DNA from: Escherichia coli | Lineage (GTDB): Bacteria; Pseudomonadota; Gammaproteobacteria; Enterobacterales; Enterobacteriaceae | Direction: 5' to 3' (one strand) | Length of the DNA stretch: 64,000 nt | NCBI RefSeq assembly: GCF_050320075.1 | Contig: NZ_CP190018.1 | Shown here: positions 54,693-64,000 of the stretch, piece by piece | Numbering within the stretch: the first letter of the stretch is position 1 | Layout of the letters: the number at the start of each line of letters is the position of its first letter | Translations under genes and position numbers: made by a program | The notes under the pieces: generated by a model | Database searches by the model: none | The model's input: the letters and a program-made list of their open reading frames with translations, nothing else | What the model was told of the DNA's origin: nothing

Positions 54693-55024
54693 TCTATTGC
54701 ACAACGAGGAAGCTAAAAGGCTTCCTTTGTTGATGCATGTCAACCACAAATCCATCATTCCCCCGATATATGTTTATTTTATGTAAAATCAATTTATGTA
54801 AAAAGTCACATCATTGTAGTTAAAAAGGTTGAGTTAGATCGCAGAAACGGGTACATATAGCCCCGCAAACGTGACCACGCCCGCAGATATTATTTAAATC
54901 AGAGCCATAGAGGCCACGCTGGCGAGGCATCAATCTTTACGATCTGTATAAAGACGGATTGTTGATGATGTGTTAAAATTGATGTAAACAAATTGTGAAG
55001 TAAATGTGCTTCCGGGGAAAATAA

Positions 55025-55369
55025 GTGACTTCATTACAACTCTCAATCGTCCATCGACTGCCGCAGAACTATCGCTGGTCTGCTGGTTTCGCAGGTTCGA
55101 AGGTTGAACCGATTCCGCAAAATGGACCGTGCGGTGACAACAGCCTGGTGGCGCTTAAATTGCTTAGCCCGGATGGTGATAATGCATGGTCGGTGATGTA
55201 CAAACTCAGCCAGGCGTTAAGCGACATCGAAGTTCCATGTTCGGTACTGGAGTGTGAAGGTGAGCCGTGCCTGTTTGTAAATCGCCAGGACGAGTTTGCT
55301 GCAACATGCCGATTGAAAAATTTTGGTGTGGCAATTGCCGAACCCTTCTCAAACTACAATCCTTTTTAA
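55025..55369 (+). CDS. yejG: uncharacterized protein YejG
   Basis: 114-aa ORF (GTG start) [22 protein letters not shown]..., between bcr and yejF. Confidence 0.75.
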
Positions 55370-55372
55370 GCG

Positions 55373-56962
55373 TCAGCTCAACGCCAGTAGCTGACGCGTA
55401 TACTCCTGCTGCGGTGCGGCAAACACGCGCGCGCACGGTCCTTGTTCCACTACTTCCCCTTGTCGCAGTACGATAACCTGATGACATAACGCGCGGACAA
55501 CGTGCAAATCGTGACTGATAAACAAATAGGCCAGTTGATGCTTTTGTTGCAATGATTTCAATAGCGTCAATATTTGCGCCTGTACCGTTTTGTCGAGCGA
55601 TGATGTTGGTTCATCAAGAATGATCAGCGAGGGCTTAAGAATTAACGCCCTGGCAATCGCAATACGTTGCCGCTGACCACCAGAGAACTCCGCCGGATAA
55701 CGGTGGCGTGTTTCAGGATCTAATCCCACTTCATGCATCACGGCTATCACTTGTTGTTCGCGTTGTGCGGCAGAAAGCGTCGGCTGGTGAACCCGTAAGC
55801 CTTCCTCAATAATCTGCAAAACGTTGAGTCGTGGGTTGAGCGAGGAGTTTGGATCCTGAAATACCACCTGAATGCGATGACGAATAGGTAACAGCTGGCG
55901 ACGATTTAAATTTTGCAGTGGCTGACCGTCAAAGATAATGCTGCCCTGAGAGTTAATCAGTCGCAGCAGCGCCAGTCCCGTCGTGCTTTTCCCGGAACCT
56001 GACTCGCCTACTAAACCCAGTGTTTCACCCGCTCGTAGCGTAAAACTGATGTTTTTCACCACCACATTATGATCCACAATGCGCTTCAAAATCCCTTTGC
56101 GAATGGGGAAGGCAACCTGAAGCTGTTCAACATCCAGCAACGTTGAGGCAGGTTCTGGCAATGGTACCGGGTCGCCTGACGGTTCACTGTTGAGTAGCTT
56201 TTGTGTGTAAGGATGAGTGGGTGAGGCAAATAGCGTAGCGGCGTTATTTTGCTCGACACAGCGACCGTTTTGCATTACCGCCACGCGATGGGCCAGTTTT
56301 CTGACAATGCTGAGGTTATGAGTAATAAACAGCATACCCATATTCAGCTCGCCTTGCAGTTCGCGCAACAGCTGTAAAATTTGCGCCTGAACAGAGACGT
56401 CCAGTGCGGTGGTTGGTTCATCGGCAATTAATAATTCAGGTCGCGTTAACAGCGCCATCGCAATCATCACCCGCTGGCGTTCGCCGCCGGAGAGCTGATG
56501 CGGATAATCTGTCAGCCGTTTTGCCGCCTGGCGGATACCGACGCGATCAAGGCAGTTAAGAATTTCGCCACGAGCCGCTTCCCGACGCATCCCGCGGTGG
56601 AGTGAAAGCACTTCATAAAGCTGTTTTTCCAGGGTATGCAATGGATTTAATGACACCATCGGCTCCTGAAAAATCATGGCGATCTTATTACCGCGTACAC
56701 CGCGCAACGTTTGATCGCTGGCATGAAGCAGCGATTCGCCATGAAAACGAATATCGCCGGAGAGATATTCAACCGGCGGGGAAGGGAGCAGGCGTAAAAT
56801 TGACAGCGCGGTAACGCTTTTGCCTGAACCTGACTCACCCACCAGCGCCAGCGTTTCGCCAGCCTCAATCTGAAGTGAAACATCATTGACTACTGTACGT
56901 ACGGTTTGCTGATGGCGAAAACCCACCGACAAATTTTCAATCGCTAACAGAGTTTGCGTCAT
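55373..56962 (-). CDS. yejF: ABC transporter ATP-binding protein with duplicated ATPase domains
   Basis: 529 aa from [11 protein letters not shown]; two Walker A motifs (GESGSGKS twice), two LSGG signatures and two Walker B motifs. Confidence 0.85.
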   Translation of the reverse strand: MTQTLLAIENLSVGFRHQQTVRTVVNDVSLQIEAGETLALVGESGSGKSVTALSILRLLPSPPVEYLSGDIRFHGESLLHASDQTLRGVRGNKIAMIFQEPMVSLNPLHTLEKQLYEVLSLHRGMRREAARGEILNCLDRVGIRQAAKRLTDYPHQLSGGERQRVMIAMALLTRPELLIADEPTTALDVSVQAQILQLLRELQGELNMGMLFITHNLSIVRKLAHRVAVMQNGRCVEQNNAATLFASPTHPYTQKLLNSEPSGDPVPLPEPASTLLDVEQLQVAFPIRKGILKRIVDHNVVVKNISFTLRAGETLGLVGESGSGKSTTGLALLRLINSQGSIIFDGQPLQNLNRRQLLPIRHRIQVVFQDPNSSLNPRLNVLQIIEEGLRVHQPTLSAAQREQQVIAVMHEVGLDPETRHRYPAEFSGGQRQRIAIARALILKPSLIILDEPTSSLDKTVQAQILTLLKSLQQKHQLAYLFISHDLHVVRALCHQVIVLRQGEVVEQGPCARVFAAPQQEYTRQLLALS

Positions 56963-56963
56963 G

Positions 56964-57989
56964 CTACACCGCCTTATTAGGATCAAATGCGTCGCGGACG
57001 GCTTCACCAATAAAGATCAGCAAAGACAACAATATCGCCACCGACAAGAAGGCGGTGATCCCAAGCCACGGGGCCTGAAGGTTATTTTTCCCTTGTAACA
57101 GCAGTTCGCCGAGTGACGGTGAACCGAGCGGCAGACCGAAGCCGAGGAAATCGAGTGAGGTCAGGGTGGTGATCGAACTACATAAAATAAACGGTAAAAA
57201 GGTGAGGGTAGCGACCATGGCATTTGGCAACATATGACGCAGGATGATACTGCGATCGCTGACGCCAAGCGCCTGCGCCGCGCGGATGTAGTCGAAATTA
57301 CGGGTACGTAAAAACTCCGCCCGCACCACGCCGACCAGACTCATCCAGCCAAACAAGACGGTAATTGCCAACAGCCACCAGAAGTTAGGCTGTACGACGC
57401 TGGAAAGTAAAATAATCAAAAACAGCGTCGGCATCCCCGACCATACTTCAATAAAACGTTGCCCCCAGAGATCGACTTTACCGCCGTAATAGCCTTGTAG
57501 CGCCCCCGCCAGCACGCCCATCACGCTGGAGCAGAGGGTCAGCATCAGGCCAAACAGAACTGAGATCCGCGTGCCATAGAGAATACGTGCCAGCACATCG
57601 CCGCCATTGGCATCCGTTCCCAGCCAGTTTTGCCGGGAGGGTGGGGAGGGGAAGGGCTTGTCGGTAGAAAAGTTGATACTGGTAGCGCCAAAGCGAATCG
57701 GTGCCCATAGTACCCAGCCTTTATCTTCCAACCGCTGTTTCAGCCACGGGTCCTGATAATCAGCCTGGCTTGCCAGCGGGCCGCCAAAATCGCTTTCGCT
57801 GTAGTTTTTCAACAACGGGAAATACCAACTGCCGTCATAACGTACCAGCAACGGTTTATCGTTGGCGATCAGTTCAGAACACAAACTCAAACCAAACAAA
57901 ACGAGGAAAATCCATAACGACCAGTAGCCGCGACGGTTATGACGAAAACGCGCCCAACGGGCCTGATTGACGGGGCTGAGTCGCGACAT
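56964..57989 (-). CDS. yejE: ABC transporter permease
   Basis: 341-aa polytopic ORF of the oligopeptide-type permease family; adjacent to yejF and yejB. Confidence 0.85.
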   Translation of the reverse strand: MSRLSPVNQARWARFRHNRRGYWSLWIFLVLFGLSLCSELIANDKPLLVRYDGSWYFPLLKNYSESDFGGPLASQADYQDPWLKQRLEDKGWVLWAPIRFGATSINFSTDKPFPSPPSRQNWLGTDANGGDVLARILYGTRISVLFGLMLTLCSSVMGVLAGALQGYYGGKVDLWGQRFIEVWSGMPTLFLIILLSSVVQPNFWWLLAITVLFGWMSLVGVVRAEFLRTRNFDYIRAAQALGVSDRSIILRHMLPNAMVATLTFLPFILCSSITTLTSLDFLGFGLPLGSPSLGELLLQGKNNLQAPWLGITAFLSVAILLSLLIFIGEAVRDAFDPNKAV

Positions 57990-59083
57990 TAACGTCCCTC
58001 AAAATCTATACGCGGATCGACCAGCGTATAGCTGATATCACTGACAATATTCAGCAGCAGGCCAATCAGGGTGAAAATATACAAGGTACCAAACATTACA
58101 GGATAATCGCGCGAGACGGTCGCTTCGTAGCCCAGTAAGCCAAGACCATTGAGTGAAAACATCACCTCAATCAGCAGCGAGCCGGTAAAAAACATGCTGA
58201 TAAACGTCGCCGGAAAACCGGCAATCACCAGCAGCATGGCGTTGCGGAACACATGTTTCCAGAGAATATTTTTTTCACTTACCCCTTTCGCACGGGCGGT
58301 CACCACGTATTGCTTGCGCACTTCATCAAGGAATGAGTTTTTTGTCAGCATGGTCAGCGCCGCAAAGCCGCCAATCACTGTCGCCAGCACCGGCAGCGTG
58401 ATATGCCACAGATAATCGGTGATTTTCTGATACCACGGCAGCGAATCAAAGTTAGCGGAAACCAGGCCGCGTAGAGGGAACAGGTCGAAATAGCTGCCGC
58501 CTGCGAAGAAGACAATCAGCAGGATGGCAAACAAAAAGGCCGGAATGGCGTAGCCGATGATGATAAATGCACTACTCCAGACGTCAAAGCGACTACCATT
58601 ATAAACAGCTTTGCGAATGCCTAACGGAATCGACACCAGATAGATAATCAGCGTGCTCCATAATCCGAGGGTGATGGAAACCGGCAGACTATCTTTAATC
58701 AGCGTCAGTACCGAGGCGCTGCGAAAAAGGCTGTCGCCAAAATCAAAGCGGATGTAGTCCCAGAGCATTTTGAAGTAACGTTCGTGGATCGGCTTATCGA
58801 AACCGTAGCGATGAGTGATCTCGGCGATCACTTCTGGATCTAATCCGCGTCCGCCACGGTAATTACTGTCGCTGATATTGCCGACGCCCGTTTGCGCATG
58901 GCTGGCGCGAACACCTTCACCGCCTGCGCCGGGTAATACTCCGGCATTACCAAACTCAATGGCGGCGATGGCCTGGTCGACCGGACCGCCAGGCGCAATT
59001 TGCACGATGAAAAAGTTGATAGTGATAATCGCCCATAACGTTGGGATCACCAGCAACAGACGGCGAATCAGATAAGCGCCCAT
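57989..59083 (-). CDS. yejB: ABC transporter permease
   Basis: 364-aa polytopic ORF of the oligopeptide-type permease family. Confidence 0.85.
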
Positions 59084-60904
59084 CTACTCTCCCTGTTGTC
59101 TGGCTGACGGCAGTTTGGCCGCTTTATTAACGTCATACCACCAGGTATCGATACCCAGGCTGTAAACAGGGCGTACAGCGGGTTGGGAGAATTTATCCCA
59201 CCAGGCGAGACGGTCTTCCGCCATGTACCACATTGGCAGCATGTAATAATTCCACGTTAATACGCGATCCAGTGCTCGCCCCAACGGCAGTAATTTTTCT
59301 TTATTTCCCTGCGCGGCAATAATTTGGTTGATCAGCGAGTCGATAACCGGGCTTTGCACGCCGGGGGCATTATAAGTGGAATTGATATATTCCGATGACC
59401 AGGAAATCTGTAAATCGGAACTGGGCCACGGCATCGCCCGCCATACGCGCGGCATCATGTCATAGTCGCGACTGCGCATGCGGTTGGTGATTTGCGAGTT
59501 ATCCACTTTGCGAATGTCCATGTTGATACCCAGCCGTTGCAGGCTGTGCTGGAACGGCAATACCCACTGACTATTGCTGCTCGAAGGTAGCAATAACTCA
59601 AAGCTGAGCGGCTGACCCGTTGTGGCATTTACGCGTTGCTGACCCTTCAGCACCCAGCCCGCTTCGTTGAGAAGTTTGTCGGCTTTTAACAGGTTGTCAC
59701 GATCGTAGCCATCGCCTTTGGATACCGGCGGCTGGTAGATTTGCGTGAAGACTTCTGGCGGTAGATCTTTTTTCATTGGTGCCAGAAGCACCAGCTCCGC
59801 GGCGTCGGGGTAATTTCTGGCCGCGTATTCGGTATTCTGAAAATAACTGTTCGTGCGACTCCAGGCATTGTAAAACAACGCTTTGTTCATCCATTCAAAG
59901 TCAAAGGCGAGAGTGATCGCTTCCCGCACCCGGCGATCGCTGAATACCGGACGTTGGATATTAAACGCCAGCCAGCGCGTATCCTGGGCTGATTCGTTCT
60001 TTTGCTCATCTTTGATGATGTATTTCTTATCGAAATTTTTACCGGTATAGCGCGTGGCCCAGTTTTTGGCGTCGTTTTCCATACGCAAATCAAAGGCACC
60101 GGCTTTAAACGCTTCAAAGGCGACATTATCATCGAGGTAATAATCGTAGCGAATGGTGTCGAAATTCCAGCGTCCACGGTTTACCGGTAAGTTTGCTGCC
60201 CAGTAATCTTTCACGCGGGAATAGACAATATTTTGCCCCATTTTCCAGGACGTAATTCGGTACGGACCACTGGCAAGCGGAGGCGTGGCGAGCGGGTCGC
60301 TAAGTTTGTGATTCTTCCAGTACTTTTCTGGAAACACCGGCAGCGAAAACAGACTCAGCATATCTTCTTTGCCGGGTTTAGCTAACTCAATGCGCACGGT
60401 TAACGGCGCAATGGCTTTGACGGTGGTGCCTTTGTAGACCAGACGAAATTGCGGCACGCCTTCGGTCATAAATTTTTGAAAAGTAAACTCTACATCGCGG
60501 GCAGTAATGGGCGAACCATCATGAAAACGGGCGAGCGGATTAATAGCGACCTCCACCCAGGAATAATCGTCAGCATAGCGTGCACTTTCAGCAATCAGCG
60601 GGTAATAACTGCCTGGTTCGTCATCGGAAGTTGTAAATAGCGTGTCGTACAGCTGCTCGGTGCGTGCGCCCGGGTTGCCGCGCAGTGCATAGCGGTTGAA
60701 ATTATCGAAGGTGCCGAGGGCTGACAACGTTATCTGCCCCCCTTTTGGCGCGGCGGGGTTCACATAATCAAAATGGTTGAAATTAAACGCGTACCGGGGT
60801 TCGCCCAGCACGGCAAAGGCATAGCTTTCCTTGATAGCCTGCGCCTGCGCACCAAAGGTGAACAGAGCGATAAACAGCAGCAGTATGCGCACAATCATCT
60901 GCAA
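59084..60904 (-). CDS. yejA: periplasmic substrate-binding protein of the YejABEF ABC transporter
   Basis: 606-aa ORF (true start may be the ATG two codons downstream) with signal peptide ...[10 protein letters not shown]; family 5 solute-binding protein. Confidence 0.85.
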
Positions 60905-60979
60905 CGGATTTCCTTTTACTCATCATTAGCCGCAATCCGGCATGCTTTCACTATGAATAATAAGGGACGTAAGCACACC

Positions 60980-62536
60980 TTACCACTGCGGCGTATACGG
61001 TTTCTTCAGCCAGCGGACAAAATCGTCCAGCGGTAACGGGCGACTAATCCAGTAGCCTTGCATGAAATTAACGCCGCGTTCGCTTAGCCATCGCGCCTGT
61101 TCCGGCGTTTCGACCCCTTCAGCAACCGTCAGCATATTGAGACGTTTCGCCAGCGTCAGCACCGCGTCAAGTACGGGTGAAGTGATCGTTTCCGTACCGA
61201 TGGCGTTGATAAATCCACGGTCAATTTTCAGATAATCGAGCGTAAAACGCTCAAGGTAGATAAGCGCGCTGTGCCCGGTACCGAAGTCATCAATAGCAAT
61301 TTCTACGCCGACCGAGTGTAGCCAGGCAAAGAGTTGCGTGGCTTCTTGCTCTTTCAGCATATCGCGCTCGGTAATTTCCAGCACAATCTGGAAATGGTGT
61401 GCGGGCAGGGAAGTGAGCAGTTTCTGGATATCTGCTTTAAAGCTTTCGCTGTGCAGATGGTCCGGCGCAATGTTAATGCCAAATTTGACGCCTACCGGCA
61501 GTACTTTTTCTAATTCTGCGGCATCGCGGGCAATCAACTCAAACAGGTGCTGAGTCAGTGGCACAATCATCTTTTGCGATTCGGCAAAGATAATGAAGGC
61601 ATCCGGGGGTATTTCTCCCGCGACAGGATGCCGCCAGCGTAGCAGTACTTCCAGGCCCGTTACTCGCAAAGATTGTGTATCCACCACCGGTTGATACGCC
61701 ACGTAAAATTGTTCGCGCTTGATGGCGGTCATGATTTCTCTGCCGGGGCGCATACGTACGCTCATCAGGTAATAGCAGAGCAGGCCAACGACAGTTCCAC
61801 TCATGCCGCCCAGTAAAAATGCGTACCACACATCGTTCCATGTCCAGTCATCTGCATAAAGCCGAACGGTCAGAGGAATGCCCGCAATTTTAGTTTCACG
61901 GACCGGCATGTCGGTTAATTCATTAACGTTCATCAAACGTGAAGCAAAGGTAGATAGCGCAGTATTGCCAATAATGAGGGCGACGCCATCGTAATCTTCC
62001 TGCCGTGAACTATAAAAGAGAGAAGGCGTCAGATTGAGATTCAGAGCGGCAAACACGCCGCTATTTTTCAGCAAAGGGTTGCGATACCAGATGACGATTG
62101 CGGGTTTGTTCGGCACCATCGGCGTGCCGGGTAAGATCGCCATATCGACGTTTTTATTAATGTCGAGCGCCGGAATCAATTCATTGAGTGGAATGTCCAT
62201 CTCACCAGTCGCAGATGAACAGAATGTTTTTTTATCTTTTACCAGCACAAACGTACGGACATTCATGCTAAATGCCGCGCGGGCAGTCAGTTCGGGGTTA
62301 GCCTGCTGGCAGGTATCTAAGGTCAGCGGCTGGAGCCGGTCAGTAGTGGATTTCAGGTCGGCAAAATAGGTATCGAGATATTTTTGTACGTCGGTAATCA
62401 GTGTGTCGTATTTGACTTCGTGCTTATGCCAGGCCACTAAAAACTGAAGGCAGCTCACCAGTATCGCAATCATCACGCCTGCAACAATGCAGGTAAGCAG
62501 GAGCTTACGTCCAGAATTGGGAGCGCGTATGAACAT
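60980..62536 (-). CDS. pdeN: c-di-GMP phosphodiesterase with EAL domain
   Basis: 518-aa ORF; N-terminal TM and periplasmic region; C-terminal EAL domain (YQPVVDTQS..., ...EITERDM..., DDFGTGHS). Confidence 0.85.
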   Translation of the reverse strand: MFIRAPNSGRKLLLTCIVAGVMIAILVSCLQFLVAWHKHEVKYDTLITDVQKYLDTYFADLKSTTDRLQPLTLDTCQQANPELTARAAFSMNVRTFVLVKDKKTFCSSATGEMDIPLNELIPALDINKNVDMAILPGTPMVPNKPAIVIWYRNPLLKNSGVFAALNLNLTPSLFYSSRQEDYDGVALIIGNTALSTFASRLMNVNELTDMPVRETKIAGIPLTVRLYADDWTWNDVWYAFLLGGMSGTVVGLLCYYLMSVRMRPGREIMTAIKREQFYVAYQPVVDTQSLRVTGLEVLLRWRHPVAGEIPPDAFIIFAESQKMIVPLTQHLFELIARDAAELEKVLPVGVKFGINIAPDHLHSESFKADIQKLLTSLPAHHFQIVLEITERDMLKEQEATQLFAWLHSVGVEIAIDDFGTGHSALIYLERFTLDYLKIDRGFINAIGTETITSPVLDAVLTLAKRLNMLTVAEGVETPEQARWLSERGVNFMQGYWISRPLPLDDFVRWLKKPYTPQW

Positions 62537-62643
62537 GATTCCGTTAATTTCCTGAAATTACGACAACATTTAAAAGATAACAATGACCGGACTATAGCCT
62601 GGATCAAGACGCGGAAACATCATTTTCTCTGATGAATGAAAAC

Positions 62644-62668
62644 AAAAAAGCACTGCCTAAGCAGTGCT
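62644..62668 (-). terminator. rho-independent terminator of mepS
   Basis: Minus strand AGCACTGC-ttag-GCAGTGCT followed by TTTTTT. Confidence 0.8.
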
Positions 62669-62716
62669 TTCAGTTAACTCGTCAGGATAGCCAAGGGATT
62701 GCATCCAAACGGTTTA

Positions 62717-63283
62717 TTAGCTGCGGCTGAGAACCCGGCGTGCTTCGTTGTAACGCTTCTTCCAGTACGGTTCATTCATGCTGGAAATAATAACACCACT
62801 GCTGGTGGAAGCATGGACAAACTGATTGTTGCCGATATAAATACCGACATGGCGTCCCGTTGAACCGGCACGGAACAGAACTAAATCACCCGTACGCAAA
62901 TTACTGCGGGAAACAGATTTACCCATTTCCTGCTGTTCGTAAGTCGAACGCGGAAGTTCTAAGCCAAATTGCTCACGGAATGTACGCTGTACGAAACCAG
63001 AACAATCGATACCTTTTTTAGTGCTGCCGCCCAGGCGATAACGTACGCCTTTCCAGTCAGCATACTGATCCATAATTCGCGATTTTACGTCGACATTACG
63101 AACCAGGTTTTCAAATTCATCCTGAGAAGCTTGCAGTGATGATGTTTCACTACCCACTGCACGTGTCTCAGGATGCATATTCTTTGCGGTGTTATTTGCA
63201 CTACATGCAGAAAGCAGAACCGCTACTGCAATCGCGGGAATCCCGCGCAAGATATATCTCAAAATCGGTTGAGATTTGACCAT
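62717..63283 (-). CDS. mepS: murein DD-endopeptidase / LD-carboxypeptidase lipoprotein (NlpC/P60)
   Basis: 188-aa ORF with lipobox (LLSACS) and NlpC/P60 catalytic region (DCSGFVQ...H). Confidence 0.9.
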
Positions 63284-63694
63284 GTTGTTTGTTTTCCCTT
63301 GAAGTCCTTAACGACAAATATCGTTATAAAAAAATGCCAAGCGACACGAGACTAATTACCTGGGCATGTTGAAACAATTCCTTAAGGCCAAATCTGTGGA
63401 CTAACGCACAAAATTATATGCTGTGAGGATAATCTACCGCCGAGGCAAAACGAGTTCGAGATTACCCGATTGGTGCGGTCTTGGCGAGCGGTTTTACATG
63501 ATTTTTTATAAGAAAAAGTGATACAGAAAGTTAATAAGCGGGATTGGTCAATTAAAGTACGATTGAGTGAAGCGCATGCAATCCATTCATTTACTTAGAG
63601 AATGATTTTTGCGTTCGATAGATGAAAGCACGGTGCGCATCATCAGGATTATCCTCACTATAAAAATAACCCTGATGATGTTAATTACTGTGAG

Positions 63695-64000
63695 TTATTT
63701 GTTTTGGAAATGTTTGTTTTTTCCCGGTAGTGATTTGTCAAAAAAGGTGATTAATCGATCACTTAATGGCGTCAGCAACACCCAGGGCAAACCGATCAAT
63801 ATCACGGTCATCGAACCTACAATGATGTCAGTAAACCAGTGTGCGCCAATCATTACTCTGGGAAATGCAAAAACCACAAAAATAATAAGGGCGATAAGGC
63901 CTGCAACTTTGCCGAAATAACGCCACATGAATGCCGAAAAAATAAGCAGCATCATACCGTGATCACCGGGAAAGCTATCTCGTGAGGCATCTTTCGTGGG
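63695..64000 (-). CDS. lpxT: PAP2-family phosphatase/phosphotransferase (LpxT-like), 5' end outside window
   Basis: C-terminal fragment with PAP2 motif (GAHWFTD); ORF continues past the window end; synteny next to mepS. Confidence 0.6.
   Translation of the reverse strand, partial: PTKDASRDSFPGDHGMMLLIFSAFMWRYFGKVAGLIALIIFVVFAFPRVMIGAHWFTDIIVGSMTVILIGLPWVLLTPLSDRLITFFDKSLPGKNKHFQNK

Overview
The window reads as an enterobacterial (Escherichia coli-type) chromosome segment, colinear with the K-12 ~49-50 min region but in reverse orientation. Calls are from reading the ORF translations and sequence only; no database search was run. Gene order is atoB'-atoE-atoA-atoD-atoC-atoS, rcsC / rcsB-rcsD, micF / ompC, apbE, ada-alkB, yojI, mqo, eco, napFDAGHBC-ccmABCDEFGH, narP, an intact yejO autotransporter, then an ~8.2 kb integrase-bearing island at tRNA-Pro, then yejM-yejL, yejK, rplY, radD, rsuA, bcr, yejG, yejFEBA, pdeN, mepS and the 3' part of lpxT. 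The island (about 38794-46993) is the only clearly accessory DNA and the best candidate for an undescribed system. It carries a P4-family integrase, an AlpA-like regulator, a primase/NTPase-like replication protein, an SSB-like protein, a FinO/ProQ-domain protein, a PerC-like regulator, several small unassigned ORFs, two clusters of ACTTGTCCC-type iterons and a structured leader with an intrinsic terminator. It has no recognisable capsid or packaging genes. No rRNA, CRISPR array or IS element was seen.
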